Positions 34,118 through 44,415 of a stretch of 64,000 nucleotides of DNA are shown in pieces (positions within the stretch are counted from its first letter, which is position 1; each line of letters starts with the position of its first letter). The stretch covers positions 2,376 through 66,375 of the forward strand of contig JAMCQP010000057.1 in assembly GCA_023381695.1 (NCBI GenBank). Direction: 5' to 3'. The notes beneath the pieces are model-generated. The model saw nothing but the letters and a program-made list of their open reading frames with translations. It ran no database searches and was not told where the DNA came from. Position numbers and translations under genes: made by a program. Source of the stretch: Bacillota bacterium (GTDB lineage: Bacteria; Bacillota; UBA5301; JAMCQP01).

Positions 34118-35254
34118 TCACTCCACAATCGCCCCCGCCACCGCGTTGCAAAAGAGCGGGCGCACGCGCAGGATGGCGTCGTTTTCCCGGCTCGGGTGGA
34201 CGCGGTTGGTCAGAAGAATGATGAACAGATCCAGGACCGGGTCGATCCAGATCATGGTGCCGGTAAAGCCGGTGTGACCGTAAGCTTCCGGTGACAGCAG
34301 ATCCCCCGCCGACGCAAAGGTGGGGTCCTTGATCTGCCAGCCCAGGCCGCGGGTGCTTACCGGAACGGCCGCATCCTGCCGGGATGTCACTCGCCTGATG
34401 GTCACCGGGCTGAGAATCCTCCTGCCGCCATATTCCCCGCCGTTTAGAAACAGCTGGGCGTAGATCGCCAGATCTTGCGCCGTGGAAAAGAGCCCCGCAT
34501 GACCGCTCACCCCGCCCATGGCGTAAGCGTTCTCGTCATGCACCTCGCCCACCAGCACCCGGCCTCGCCACGGGTCGTCCTCGGTGGCCGCGATGCGTCC
34601 TCGCAGTTCCACAGGCGGCCGGTACCTGGTATCCGCCATCCCCAGGGGCGTAAAGATCTCCTCCTGTGCAAACTGATCCAGCGGCCGGCCGCTCACTCTC
34701 TCCACAATCTCGCCCAGAACGATCAGCCCCAGGTCCGAGTAGACCTCAACCGTCCCCACGGGATTTCCCAGCGGATACTCGCAGATGCGGGCCAAAATCT
34801 TCTCCCTGGTGCCGCAACACCTGTACAAAAAGCCAAACGGGGCGAGGCCGGCGGTATGGGTGAGCAGGTGCCGGATCAGCACCCCTTCCTTGCCAGCCTG
34901 GCCGAACTCCGGGATAAACCGGGTCACCGCGTCGTCCAGCCGTAGTTGGCCGCGCTCCAACAGGATCATTACCGAAGGAAGAGTGGCCACCACCTTGGTC
35001 ACTGATGCCAGGTCAAAGATGGTCTCCCTGGTCATCTCCCGGGTCGCGGGCCGGAGGCTGGCCTTCCCGACCGCCTCGTGCAGGACGATTCGCCCATGCC
35101 TGACCACCAGAGCCACTGCTCCCGGGAAAGCGCCATTTTCCACCGCCCGCGCCAAAACCTCACGCGCCCGCGCCAGCCTGGCGGCGTCAAAACCGGCCTC
35201 CACCGGACTGGCTTCCCGCAAAACCCGCGATTCATTGTAAAGCAGATCCTTCAT
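34118..35254 (-). CDS. Beta-lactamase-fold serine hydrolase, possibly an AmiE/YbbE-like MurNAc-L-Ala amidase
   Basis: Start ATG 35254 after AAGGAGAGG. It has the SxxK motif (LASVTKVV). The context with NamZ and NagZ mirrors the B. subtilis amiE-nagZ-ybbC arrangement. Confidence 0.6.
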   Translation of the reverse strand: MKDLLYNESRVLREASPVEAGFDAARLARAREVLARAVENGAFPGAVALVVRHGRIVLHEAVGKASLRPATREMTRETIFDLASVTKVVATLPSVMILLERGQLRLDDAVTRFIPEFGQAGKEGVLIRHLLTHTAGLAPFGFLYRCCGTREKILARICEYPLGNPVGTVEVYSDLGLIVLGEIVERVSGRPLDQFAQEEIFTPLGMADTRYRPPVELRGRIAATEDDPWRGRVLVGEVHDENAYAMGGVSGHAGLFSTAQDLAIYAQLFLNGGEYGGRRILSPVTIRRVTSRQDAAVPVSTRGLGWQIKDPTFASAGDLLSPEAYGHTGFTGTMIWIDPVLDLFIILLTNRVHPSRENDAILRVRPLFCNAVAGAIVE

Positions 35255-35333
35255 ATTAACCTCTCCTTGGAGCCTGATCAGCACCGCGGTGATCCGGCGG
35301 AGCCCCCGGACGAATCCATACGGGGGCTCTATC

Positions 35334-36308
35334 TTACAACGCTTTCTTCATCACGTTAAACCGCCTGGTAATCGTAAACCCGGCCCGGCGGTAAAGCTTG
35401 CCCGCCGCGCTCTCCTCCCCCGTCCAGAGGAACCAGGCGCCGTGCGATCCCCGCTGGCGCATCAAGTCAAGCGTTTCGTAGAGAAGGATCTTCCCAAGAC
35501 CGGCGCCGCGCAACTCCTCCGCGACACCAAAAGGGCCGAACCGCTCCGCGACGTTATCGTACGCGCCAAAGACGGTGAACCCCACCACCTCCTCGCCCCT
35601 GGTGGCGATCAGAAACCGGTCAAACCCCAGGCCCCGCGCCACGCCCTCGCGAATGGCGCGCCCCCAGTCAACGCCAAAATTCTCCGTGGCGAAGGCTATG
35701 GTCCGGGTCAGAAAAGCGGAGTTCAGGTAGCCGAACCGGTAACCCTCGGCTTCACGCCGGGCCTGGAGCGCCTTGACGTCGTCCGGGACGGCAAAGCCCA
35801 CCAGGTTTTTATCCATGGCCACCGCCTGGTAAAGCACGCCGTAACCGTTCTTCTCCAGGAAGGCGACCGCGTCCCTGTACATCTCCTTGTCGACTCCGGG
35901 GAAGAAATAGTTTGGGGAATACGACGACACAAAGATATTCTTGCGGCCATTGGACCTCAGAAACGCCTCGGAGGCATTCAGCAACGCCTTCCCCATGCCG
36001 CGGCCGCGCCAGGACGGTTTTACAAAAAAGATGGTGATCCAGCCGTTCTCCGGCTCCAGGTCGGCGCCGAAGATGGGCGTCTTTCGCCTCACGGCGAGGA
36101 TGAATCCGGCCGGCTGCCCGGCCTCGTCCACGGCCAGGATCGTCCCCGCCGGGTCGAAGTTCGCGTCCAGGAGCACCCGGTTGCGGAAGAGCTCCGGGCC
36201 CACGGTGTCCTGGGGCATACTTTCGTTCCAGAGAGCGACGATCCCTTCCTCATCGCCCCCTTGATACGGGCGCAGTTGCCACTTCGCATCGCGGTAAACA
36301 TTGCTCAT
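35334..36308 (-). CDS. Tandem-GNAT N-acetyltransferase
   Basis: Start ATG 36308 after AAGGAGG. It has two acetyl-CoA motif-A copies (WRGRGMGKALL and LRGAGLGKILL). Confidence 0.75.
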   Translation of the reverse strand: MSNVYRDAKWQLRPYQGGDEEGIVALWNESMPQDTVGPELFRNRVLLDANFDPAGTILAVDEAGQPAGFILAVRRKTPIFGADLEPENGWITIFFVKPSWRGRGMGKALLNASEAFLRSNGRKNIFVSSYSPNYFFPGVDKEMYRDAVAFLEKNGYGVLYQAVAMDKNLVGFAVPDDVKALQARREAEGYRFGYLNSAFLTRTIAFATENFGVDWGRAIREGVARGLGFDRFLIATRGEEVVGFTVFGAYDNVAERFGPFGVAEELRGAGLGKILLYETLDLMRQRGSHGAWFLWTGEESAAGKLYRRAGFTITRRFNVMKKAL

Positions 36309-36348
36309 CTTGAAGATCCTCCTTATTTCCACCCCTGATGCCGGTATC

Positions 36349-37299
36349 TCAACCCTTGATGCCGGTCATGACGATGCCCTTGACGTAGTACTTCTGGAGC
36401 GACACAAACAGGATCATGATCGGGACCACCGCCACGGCCGTGGCCGCCCGGATCAGAGCCAGATTGCGCATCGGATCGAGGGAGTCGCGCAACAACCAGA
36501 TCCCCACCGGCACCGTCATCATCTCCGGGGCCGACGTGGTGATGGTCATCGCCCAGAGGTATTCGTTCCAGATCCCCATGAACTGAAAGACCGCCAGCGT
36601 GGCCAACGCGGGCTTCAATTGCGGGAGGATCATCTGCCAGAAGATCCGGAACTCCGAGGCGCCGTCGATGCGCGCCGAGTCCAGCAGCTCGTCGGGCAAC
36701 CCCACCGCAAACTGCCGGAGCATGAAGATCCCCCAGGCGCTCACCATAAACGGCAGAATCAGCGACAGCCGGCTGTGCATCAGCCCCGTCCCGCCCCAGC
36801 CGGTGATGTCGTTGCCGCCCACAAACGGGATGTGCCGGAGAATATAGTAGTTGGGGATCAGGAAGAGAAAGACCGGAAACATCATGGTCGCCAGGATGAA
36901 CCCGAAGATCAGATCCCGCCCCGGAAACCTGTACTTGGCCAGCACAAACCCGGCCAGGGCGCTGGTAAAGAGGACCAGGAAAGTCACGGAGATGGAGACG
37001 AGGAAGCTGTTGGTGTAAAGCCGGGCCATCGGCAAAAGATGCATGACCTCCAGGAAGACGCCCCACTGGGGGTCCCGCGAGATCCAGACCGGCGGCTCCG
37101 CGCGCATTTCGGGAATGGTTTTCACCGCTCCCAGGAACATGTCGATAAACGGAAGAATAATGGTGAAAGCGCCAAAGATCAGGATGCCGTACTTGAGCAC
37201 TCCCCCGGCGATCCCCCACGGGGAGACGCCACGCCCGGCCCTGCCTGCGCGTCCCGTTTTAATTGCGCGCTCCGCCCGCCCGGTTATTGCTGAACTCAT
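36349..37299 (-). CDS. Carbohydrate ABC transporter permease (CUT1, MalG-like)
   Basis: Multi-TM protein with the EAA-type loop (DSARIDGASEFRIFWQMILP). Confidence 0.85.
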   Translation of the reverse strand: MSSAITGRAERAIKTGRAGRAGRGVSPWGIAGGVLKYGILIFGAFTIILPFIDMFLGAVKTIPEMRAEPPVWISRDPQWGVFLEVMHLLPMARLYTNSFLVSISVTFLVLFTSALAGFVLAKYRFPGRDLIFGFILATMMFPVFLFLIPNYYILRHIPFVGGNDITGWGGTGLMHSRLSLILPFMVSAWGIFMLRQFAVGLPDELLDSARIDGASEFRIFWQMILPQLKPALATLAVFQFMGIWNEYLWAMTITTSAPEMMTVPVGIWLLRDSLDPMRNLALIRAATAVAVVPIMILFVSLQKYYVKGIVMTGIKG

Positions 37300-37310
37300 T
37301 TTTCCCACCC

Positions 37311-38189
37311 CTAATACGATTCGATGCCGCCGCGCCGGAAGACGCGAAGCTGGATGAGCGTCACCAGCAGGATCACCCCAAAGAGTGCAAAGGCCATCGC
37401 GGATGCCCTGCCCATTCTCATGTCGCTGAAGGCCACCTGATACATGTAATTCGCCACCACATTGGTGGTGTTGAGCGGCCCGCCCTGGGTCATCACCATG
37501 ATCAGCGTGAAGGAGCTCAGGCCGCCAATGAAACCCGTCACCAGGTTGAACAGGATCGTGGGCCGCAGCAGGGGAATCGTGATGTGCCAGAATTCCTGGC
37601 GGACATTGGCCCCGTCCACGCGCGCGGCTTCATAGTAACTGTCGGGAATGCCCTCCAGCCCCGCGGAAAAGATCAGCATCGCGCCGCCCAGCCCGGCCCA
37701 CACGCTGACCAGGATCACCGCGGGCATCGCGGTTCGTGGATCGGCCAGCCAGATGGGCCCCGAGATGTTGACATCCGCCAGAAGCGCATTTATCAACCCC
37801 CGGGCTTTAAAAATGTATTGCCACATGGTGGCCACCGCCGACACGGTGGTGACCATGGGCAGCCAGTAGATGGTCCGCCAGAGAGCCTTGAAACGGCTTC
37901 TGGTGAAGAGAAAGGCGAGGAACAGCGAAAGGACGACATTCAGAACAACCGTACCAAGCGCAAAGACCAGGGTGTTCTTGAGAGTCAACAGGAAGAGGTC
38001 ATCCTTGAACAGGATATACTGGTAGTTTTTCAGCCCGACCAGAGGCGCCTGGGAGAGCGGGGTAAGCATGTCCCAGCGCGCAAAGCTGATGTACAGGGAA
38101 AAGACAATCGGAATCAGAAAGAAGACCAGAAAGAAGAGCAGCACCGGGCTCAGGAAGAGATAGGCCAGAATCGTTCTCTGCCGCGACAT
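37311..38189 (-). CDS. Carbohydrate ABC transporter permease (CUT1, MalF-like)
   Basis: Start ATG 38189 (MSRQRTILAYLFLSPVLLFF...). EAA loop YYEAARVDGANVRQEFWHITIP. Confidence 0.85.
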   Translation of the reverse strand: MSRQRTILAYLFLSPVLLFFLVFFLIPIVFSLYISFARWDMLTPLSQAPLVGLKNYQYILFKDDLFLLTLKNTLVFALGTVVLNVVLSLFLAFLFTRSRFKALWRTIYWLPMVTTVSAVATMWQYIFKARGLINALLADVNISGPIWLADPRTAMPAVILVSVWAGLGGAMLIFSAGLEGIPDSYYEAARVDGANVRQEFWHITIPLLRPTILFNLVTGFIGGLSSFTLIMVMTQGGPLNTTNVVANYMYQVAFSDMRMGRASAMAFALFGVILLVTLIQLRVFRRGGIESY

Positions 38190-38362
38190 CCGGTACTTTT
38201 TGACGCGCTTCCCTTCTTGCAAGACGATCGTTCCCCCTACCCGCGCCCGCGGGAAGCGGAGGAGAGCCGGCTCGGGCGGCCCTCCCTCCCGCATTCCATT
38301 TCAGGCACCATACCGATTCAGGCACCATACCGAAATTGCCTAACGAAATGACTGTCTCGGGA

Positions 38363-39640
38363 TCAATAGTTCTCCTCCAGGATCTCGTTGACTTTCTTGG
38401 CCGCGTCGTCCAGGGCCTGTTTCGGGGTCTTCTTGCCGGCCCAGGCGCTCATAATCTCATCCATGAGCTTTGTCTTGATCTCCGCGCCCTGGAGGACGTT
38501 GGGCTCGCTGATGGAGTTCTTGAGCTGGTCGACGAAAACTTTCATAAAGGGATCGGTCTTCAGTTCGTTGTGGTTCTCCAGGTCCGCCTTGCGCCCGGGG
38601 ATGATCCCCTGGCCCACCAGGAAGTCGCCCTGGGGAGAAGTCTTCCCGTTGGCGCGCGGCTTGTTCAGCCAGCGGAGAAGCTCCCAGGCTTCCTTTTTGA
38701 CCTTGCTGTTGGAGTCCACCGCCCACAGCCAGGTGTACTGGGAGGTCGCCAGGCCTTTCTTGCCGGCTGGAATCGGGGCCACGCCCACCATCTCATCCAG
38801 CTTGTCCTTATAGGCGGATTTGAGGGTGCCTTCATACCACGGGGCCATGATCATCATGCCCACCGTGTTGTTCGGGAAGTTCCAGACCTCGCTTGAGGCA
38901 TCGGTGGCCTTCACCTTGAAGAGCTCCACCTCCTGCTCCAGCGCCGCCACGCCGGCCGGGCTGTTGAAGAGCGCCTTGGCGTAATCCTTGCTCAGGAACT
39001 GTCCGCCGTTGGCGAAGAGCAACGCCATGAACGGGTGGACCACCGCCGAATCCCAGCCGCGCATGAACGCAAAGCCGCTGGTGGTCAATTTTCCCTGCGC
39101 GTCCCGTTTGGCGAGTTTCTGGGCGATCTGCACGAGTTCATCCCAGGTCTTCGGGGGAGCGGCGATGCCGGCTTCCTTGAAGAGCTTCTTGTTGTAGACC
39201 AGGGCATAGTTGTTGATCTCGGTGGGGATGCCGTAGATCTTGCCGTTGATGGTGACGCCGTCCACGGCGCTCTTGATGTAGTTGGCCTTGACGTCATTGG
39301 CAACCGCCGCCGGCGGAAGCTCAAGGATCTTCGCGTTGGCCAGGGAGGGTCCCCACAGGGAATAGATGTGATAGACATCCGGAGATTCGCCCGAGAGGCG
39401 GGCGGTCTGGATCTTCTTGAGGTAATCGTCGAAAGCGACGGTCTGGGTGACAATCTCCACATCCGGGTGCAGGTTCATGTACTCCTGGAACAACTTCTGC
39501 AAAGGTTCAATCTGGCCGCCGCCATAATGGACGGAAACCGTAATCTTTGTCTTGGCTATTACGGCAGACCCGGCCGTCAGTCCAAATAGCAGAGAAAAGG
39601 CCACCAGAGCCACAAAAAACACCAGGCGACTACGTTTCAT
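38363..39640 (-). CDS. Carbohydrate ABC transporter substrate-binding protein
   Basis: Start ATG 39640 after AAGGGGGAAG. Signal peptide MKRSRLVFFVALVAFSLLFGLTAGSAVIA. Confidence 0.85.
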   Translation of the reverse strand: MKRSRLVFFVALVAFSLLFGLTAGSAVIAKTKITVSVHYGGGQIEPLQKLFQEYMNLHPDVEIVTQTVAFDDYLKKIQTARLSGESPDVYHIYSLWGPSLANAKILELPPAAVANDVKANYIKSAVDGVTINGKIYGIPTEINNYALVYNKKLFKEAGIAAPPKTWDELVQIAQKLAKRDAQGKLTTSGFAFMRGWDSAVVHPFMALLFANGGQFLSKDYAKALFNSPAGVAALEQEVELFKVKATDASSEVWNFPNNTVGMMIMAPWYEGTLKSAYKDKLDEMVGVAPIPAGKKGLATSQYTWLWAVDSNSKVKKEAWELLRWLNKPRANGKTSPQGDFLVGQGIIPGRKADLENHNELKTDPFMKVFVDQLKNSISEPNVLQGAEIKTKLMDEIMSAWAGKKTPKQALDDAAKKVNEILEENY

Positions 39641-39741
39641 CTTTCTTCCCCCTTTTAGATTTGGTTGATTTTGGTCAAGGTAAGCTCTACCTGCTCTTCT
39701 TCTCCGTCTCCCTTTGTTAGATTCACCCTCCTTTCTCTCAC

Positions 39742-41451
39742 TCACTGCGCCGGGATCGTCACCGGCAGCCCCCGCCCCGCCTGCGCCCGGCCGAAGAGAT
39801 AATCCACCGCCGCCTCAATGGGCGGCTTCAACACCACCCACGGCCCGGCCGCATAGGCCGCCAGCACCGTCCTGGCCTCCGGCAGCCAGGCGACATCGTA
39901 AGGAGTTCCCAGGGAGACCACCACCACCGGCCTGCCCAGCTTGACCACCTCGGCCACCAGCCGGCGCTGGGTCACCGGCAGTTCGCCCGTGGCATAGGTG
40001 GCGACGATGATCACCTCGTTAGTCCGGGCCAGTTCCAGCGCCCTTTCGAGCTGCTCCGGGTCGGGGTTGCGCCCGACCTTGAATTCCGACGCCTGGAGCC
40101 GGTAACGCCGCAGGGCCGTGATAAATGTATCGTCCGGCGAGGCGCTGATGAGCAAGAGGCGATCGGTGGGCTCAAGGCGCAGCGGCAACAGCCCCACGTC
40201 GTCCCGGAGGAGCGTCACCGCCTGCTTGGCGATGAGCTTCGCCTTCTGCCGGTGCTCCAGCGAGCCCACGATGGAACCCACCTTCTCCACCGCCACGAAC
40301 GGATCTTTGAACAGGCCCACCTCCGCCTTGGCCGCCAGGATCCGTTCCACCGACGCATCGATTTGCGCTTCGGGGATCTCGCCGCTCTTCACAGCCGTCA
40401 CCAGCGCCCGGGAGACCTTTTCCACCTCGTCAAAGGAATATGCGGCCAGAACAATGTCCGCCCCGGCCTGCACCGCCCGGACCGCCGCCTCTTCCAGCCC
40501 GAAATTCTTGACGATGGCGTTCATCACCATGGAATCGGTGATGATGATTCCATTGAAGCCCAACTTTTTGCGCAAGAGATCCGTCAACACCCGGCGGGAG
40601 AGCGTGGCTGGCAATCCCGGCATGGGATCGATGGCCGGAAAGGTAACATGGGAAGTCATGATCGCCTTGACCCCGGCGCTGATTGCCGCCCGGAAGGGCT
40701 TGAGCTCCACCCGTTCCAGCCTCTGCCAGTTGTGGGGCACCGTCGGCAGGTCGATGTGGGAGTCCACGCCGGTATCCCCGTGCCCGGGGAAATGCTTGGC
40801 GGTGGCGATCATGCCGTTTTCCTGCAGCCCCCGGATGGCCTGGACCCCCAGCTCGCTCACCAGCTCGGGGCTCTCGCCGAAGGAACGCACGCCGATTACC
40901 GGGTTTTTGGGATTGTTGTTCACGTCCATCACCGGGGCCAGGCTCATATGAATGCCGATAGCCCGGGCTTCCTCCGCCGTAATCTGCGCGGCGGCGTAGA
41001 CCAGATCCCCCGAACGGGCCGCCCCGAAACCCATATTGGTCGGGAAGGTGGTCGCCGCGGAGAGGATGTATCCCAGGCCCGTTTCCAGGTTGGCGGAGAA
41101 GAGAAGCGGCACCCGCAGGCGGGTATGCTGCGCCATCTCCTGGAGGCGGTTGGTGAAGGCCGCCGCCTGCACCGGATCGGTGATCGAGCTTCCGTCCAAT
41201 AGCTCCCCGCCGATATGGTACTCCACGATGGCCTTCCGGGTCTCGTCGAGATCGCGCCACTGCTCAATCATGAGCATCTGGCCTATCTTTTCTTCCAAAG
41301 ACATCTGATGAACCAGATCCTTGATCATCGTCTCCGTTGCTCCTTCGGCCAGGCCTGCCTCCTGGGCTCCGACTGTACCCGCCGCCCGCCCGAAACGGGC
41401 CGGCGAAAATCCCACCAGCGCCGCGCAGACGAAAAGGACTCCCTTCGGCAA
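39742..41451 (-). CDS. nagZ: Glycoside hydrolase family 3 beta-N-acetylhexosaminidase (NagZ-like)
   Basis: It has KHFPGHGDTGVDSHIDLP and a GH3 N-terminal domain, plus a C-terminal domain. The start is either TTG 41451 or ATG 41328 (MIKDLVHQMSLEEKIGQML). Confidence 0.8.
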   Translation of the reverse strand: MPKGVLFVCAALVGFSPARFGRAAGTVGAQEAGLAEGATETMIKDLVHQMSLEEKIGQMLMIEQWRDLDETRKAIVEYHIGGELLDGSSITDPVQAAAFTNRLQEMAQHTRLRVPLLFSANLETGLGYILSAATTFPTNMGFGAARSGDLVYAAAQITAEEARAIGIHMSLAPVMDVNNNPKNPVIGVRSFGESPELVSELGVQAIRGLQENGMIATAKHFPGHGDTGVDSHIDLPTVPHNWQRLERVELKPFRAAISAGVKAIMTSHVTFPAIDPMPGLPATLSRRVLTDLLRKKLGFNGIIITDSMVMNAIVKNFGLEEAAVRAVQAGADIVLAAYSFDEVEKVSRALVTAVKSGEIPEAQIDASVERILAAKAEVGLFKDPFVAVEKVGSIVGSLEHRQKAKLIAKQAVTLLRDDVGLLPLRLEPTDRLLLISASPDDTFITALRRYRLQASEFKVGRNPDPEQLERALELARTNEVIIVATYATGELPVTQRRLVAEVVKLGRPVVVVSLGTPYDVAWLPEARTVLAAYAAGPWVVLKPPIEAAVDYLFGRAQAGRGLPVTIPAQ

Positions 41452-41502
41452 ATTGTCGCTGCCCGGTAACCGTTACCGCCACCTCAGCGCGATTCTCTCC
41501 CC

Positions 41503-42717
41503 TCAATAAAGCCGGTATGGCGCCACCTCGGCGGCAAACCCCGCCGCTGCCTTCTCCCATGGCCGCGCCAGATCCGCCGCCGGCGCCCCCGCGTCAAGCT
41601 CCAGCCTCACCTCGTCGGTCCCCATCAAAAGGTCAAAAAAGTGGCGCTGGCTGCCTTCATGGGGCGGAAGCCATTTGAACTCATCTGGATGGAGCCGGTA
41701 GACGGCGGAGAGCAACTCCAGCCCCACCCGGAGCGCCGGGTAAACCTCCCGGTCCATCACGTGCACCTGCACCCCGCTGCAGCGCTGCCCGGCATGCTTG
41801 CTGAAGGTCGGCGCAAACCAGACCGGCCGGAACCGCGCCCCGGGCAGATCCAGCCCGTTCATCCGCTCCGCCAGCCGCACCCCATCCACCCAGGGCGCGC
41901 CAATGACCTGGAACGGCATGGTTGTCCCCCGCCCCTCGGAGAGGTTGGTCCCCTCGAAGAGGCAGGTGCCGGGATAGGCAGCGGCTGTCTCCAACGTGGG
42001 CATGTTGGGAGAAGGCGCCACCCACGGCAGCCCGGTCTCGTCGAACCACATTCCCCGCTCCCAGCCTTTCATCCGGGCCACCCGGAGGTCGGCGCCAAAA
42101 CTGAACCTGTTGTTCAAATAGTTCGCGAGTTCCCCGCAGGTCAGGCCGTATCGCACCGGCAGCGCATAATCCCCCACAAAGGAGGAGAATCCTTCTTTGA
42201 GGCGGTTGCCCTCAATCGCCACCCCGCCCAGGGGAGCCGGGCGATCCAGAACCACGAAAGGGATCCCGGCTTCCCCGGCGGCCTGGATGCTGTACGCCAG
42301 CGTGTAGATGTTGGTATAGAAGCGGACGCCGATATCCTGCAGTTCATAGACCAGGACATCCAGGCCGTCCAGCATCTCCGGCGCCGGCTTTTTCGTCTTG
42401 CCGTACAGGCTGTACATGGGCAAACCGGTGCGGCTGTCTGTGGCGTTCTCCACCGTCACACCGGCCTGGGCGTCGCCCCGTACCCCGTGCTCGGGGCCAA
42501 AGAGCGCCGCAAGCTTGAAATCCGGCCGACTGCGCAAAAGATCAATGGTACTGGTCAGATCCGGGCCGACGCCGGTGGGGTTGGTAATCAACCCGATTCG
42601 CTGGCCCTTGAGCCAGAAAGCCCCTTCTTCCAGGAGCGCCTCCAGGCCGGTCTTGACCCGCGTCCTGTTCCGCCAGGCCTGCCCTGGCCGCGTTTGCCCT
42701 TGCTGCATCTCATCCAC
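41503..42717 (-). CDS. namZ: DUF1343-family exo-beta-N-acetylmuramidase (NamZ/YbbC-like)
   Basis: 404 aa with RIGLITNPTGVGPDLTSTIDLL...LFGPEHGVRGDAQAG, typical of DUF1343. Confidence 0.75.
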   Translation of the reverse strand: MDEMQQGQTRPGQAWRNRTRVKTGLEALLEEGAFWLKGQRIGLITNPTGVGPDLTSTIDLLRSRPDFKLAALFGPEHGVRGDAQAGVTVENATDSRTGLPMYSLYGKTKKPAPEMLDGLDVLVYELQDIGVRFYTNIYTLAYSIQAAGEAGIPFVVLDRPAPLGGVAIEGNRLKEGFSSFVGDYALPVRYGLTCGELANYLNNRFSFGADLRVARMKGWERGMWFDETGLPWVAPSPNMPTLETAAAYPGTCLFEGTNLSEGRGTTMPFQVIGAPWVDGVRLAERMNGLDLPGARFRPVWFAPTFSKHAGQRCSGVQVHVMDREVYPALRVGLELLSAVYRLHPDEFKWLPPHEGSQRHFFDLLMGTDEVRLELDAGAPAADLARPWEKAAAGFAAEVAPYRLY

Positions 42718-42783
42718 CCCTTATTGCGTACTGCGGCCCAAGAAACGAGTGTGCCATTCCTCCTCGGCCCTGGCCTTTCACCG

Positions 42784-43497
42784 TCAAAAGCCCGGGAACC
42801 GCTGCACCCTCCGCACCTGCGCCCCTCTGGGGGACATGAACGCCTCCGCGTACTTGAAGTTGGAGAGGCACCCCCGCATCACCACCAGGGCCTTGTAGTA
42901 GTCCATGTAGCGGAAGGAGGAGATCCCGCCGCGGAAGAGCTCGTACTGGCTGATCGCCTCGATCCACGTATCGTGGGCATCGGTGATGTCCACATAGGTG
43001 TCGATCTCGAAATCGTAGGGGTCTTCCCAGTTCTCCGCATAGTAAACCCGCCAGCAGCCGTGCGCCGGAAGATCCCGCTTGATCGCCGGCAGACCCGCGT
43101 AAAAAAGCGCATCCTGGACGATGTAGCTGGTATTTTCGTGGTCCTTGTGGATGCTGCCCTTCCAGTGGGTGATCATGATATCCGGCTTGACCTCGCGGAT
43201 CACGTCGCAGAGCGCATACTTCACCTCATCGTTGACCGGCAGTTCCGCATCCTTGTACGGCAGAAAACGCACCTCCGCCCCCAGCACCTTTCCCGCCGCC
43301 AGGGCTTCCCGTCGCTTTTGCTCCGCGTAGGCTTCCGGCGAGAGGGTCCGGTGCCCCTTCTCGCCGGGCGTCATATGCACCAGCGTGGCTTTATGGCCCA
43401 TTTTGGTGTACTTGGCCACCACGGCGCCCGCCATGATCTCGGCATCCGCCGCGTGCGCCCCGACCACCATGATGTGAAACTTCTTTTCCTCCGCCAT
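42784..43497 (-). CDS. PIG-L/LmbE-family N-acetylglucosaminyl deacetylase
   Basis: Start after GGAGG. It has HIMVVGAHAADAEIMAGA...HMTPGEKGH (the AHPDD-like motif is degenerate as AHAADAE). Confidence 0.75.
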   Translation of the reverse strand: MAEEKKFHIMVVGAHAADAEIMAGAVVAKYTKMGHKATLVHMTPGEKGHRTLSPEAYAEQKRREALAAGKVLGAEVRFLPYKDAELPVNDEVKYALCDVIREVKPDIMITHWKGSIHKDHENTSYIVQDALFYAGLPAIKRDLPAHGCWRVYYAENWEDPYDFEIDTYVDITDAHDTWIEAISQYELFRGGISSFRYMDYYKALVVMRGCLSNFKYAEAFMSPRGAQVRRVQRFPGF

Positions 43498-43530
43498 TTC
43501 AATTCCTCCATCTCTCGCCGTTTCTTTAAA

Positions 43531-44415
43531 TCATCCCTTGAGCCCGGTGACAGCTATCCCCTTGATGAAAGTCTTCTGGGTGAAGAAGAAGAGCACCAGC
43601 ACCGGCAGCACCACCACGGTTGAAGCCGCCATCAACAGTGCCCATTCCGCCCCGTGAGCGGTCTGGAACTGTTGAAGGCCCAGGCTCAGGGTATACATGT
43701 TGATATCGCTCAAGTAGATGAGGGGGCCCAGGAAATCGTTCCAGGTCCACATGAAGGTAAAGAGGGCCACCGTGGCCACCGCCGGTTTGCTCAAAGGCAG
43801 GATGATCCGGAAAAGGATGCCGAACTCGCCCAACCCGTCGATCCGGGCGGCGTCCGACAGCTCCTCGGGTATGCCCATGAAGAACTGGCGCAAGAGGAAG
43901 ATGAAGAACGCCGACCCGAAGAACGCCGGCACGGTGAGGGGCTTGAAAGTGTTGATCCAGTTGAGGTTGCGGAAGATGATGTAGACCGGGATCATGGTCA
44001 CCTGGTAAGGAAGCATCATGGTGGCCAGCACAATCAAGAAGAGCAGGTCCCTTCCCGGCCACCTGAGCCGTGCAAAGCCATACGCCGGGAGAACGCTGGA
44101 GAAGATGGCTCCCGCCACACTCAGAGCGCAGATGTAAAGCGTGTTCAAGGTGTATTTCCAGAAAGGAATATACTCAAGCGCCTTGCTGAAGTTGGACCAG
44201 ACCGGCGGGTTGGGAATCCACTGGTTGCTGAAGAGTTGCTGATCCGATTTGAGCGCGGTCAGCAGCATCCACACAAACGGGAAGAGGAACAGAGCCCCCA
44301 CAATAAGAAGGATCAGGTGGACCAACAAACGCCCAACACGCTCGCGGCGGCGCTTGGAGTCCCGAAAACTCGTGCGCAACATGTTCTGCGCAGCTGGAAG
44401 ATTGGCCGCCATCAT
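43531..44415 (-). CDS. Carbohydrate ABC transporter permease (CUT1)
   Basis: Multi-TM protein with EAA loop DAARIDGLGEFGILFRIILP. Confidence 0.85.
   Translation of the reverse strand: MMAANLPAAQNMLRTSFRDSKRRRERVGRLLVHLILLIVGALFLFPFVWMLLTALKSDQQLFSNQWIPNPPVWSNFSKALEYIPFWKYTLNTLYICALSVAGAIFSSVLPAYGFARLRWPGRDLLFLIVLATMMLPYQVTMIPVYIIFRNLNWINTFKPLTVPAFFGSAFFIFLLRQFFMGIPEELSDAARIDGLGEFGILFRIILPLSKPAVATVALFTFMWTWNDFLGPLIYLSDINMYTLSLGLQQFQTAHGAEWALLMAASTVVVLPVLVLFFFTQKTFIKGIAVTGLKG

Noticed and set aside
41329-41451. Hydrophobic N-terminal extension of NagZ (VLFVCAALVGFSPA) as a possible signal peptide
   Set aside because: It depends on a TTG start with no clear RBS. ATG 41328 gives a canonical cytoplasmic GH3 N-terminus. 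I left this as an alternative start rather than calling a secreted enzyme.
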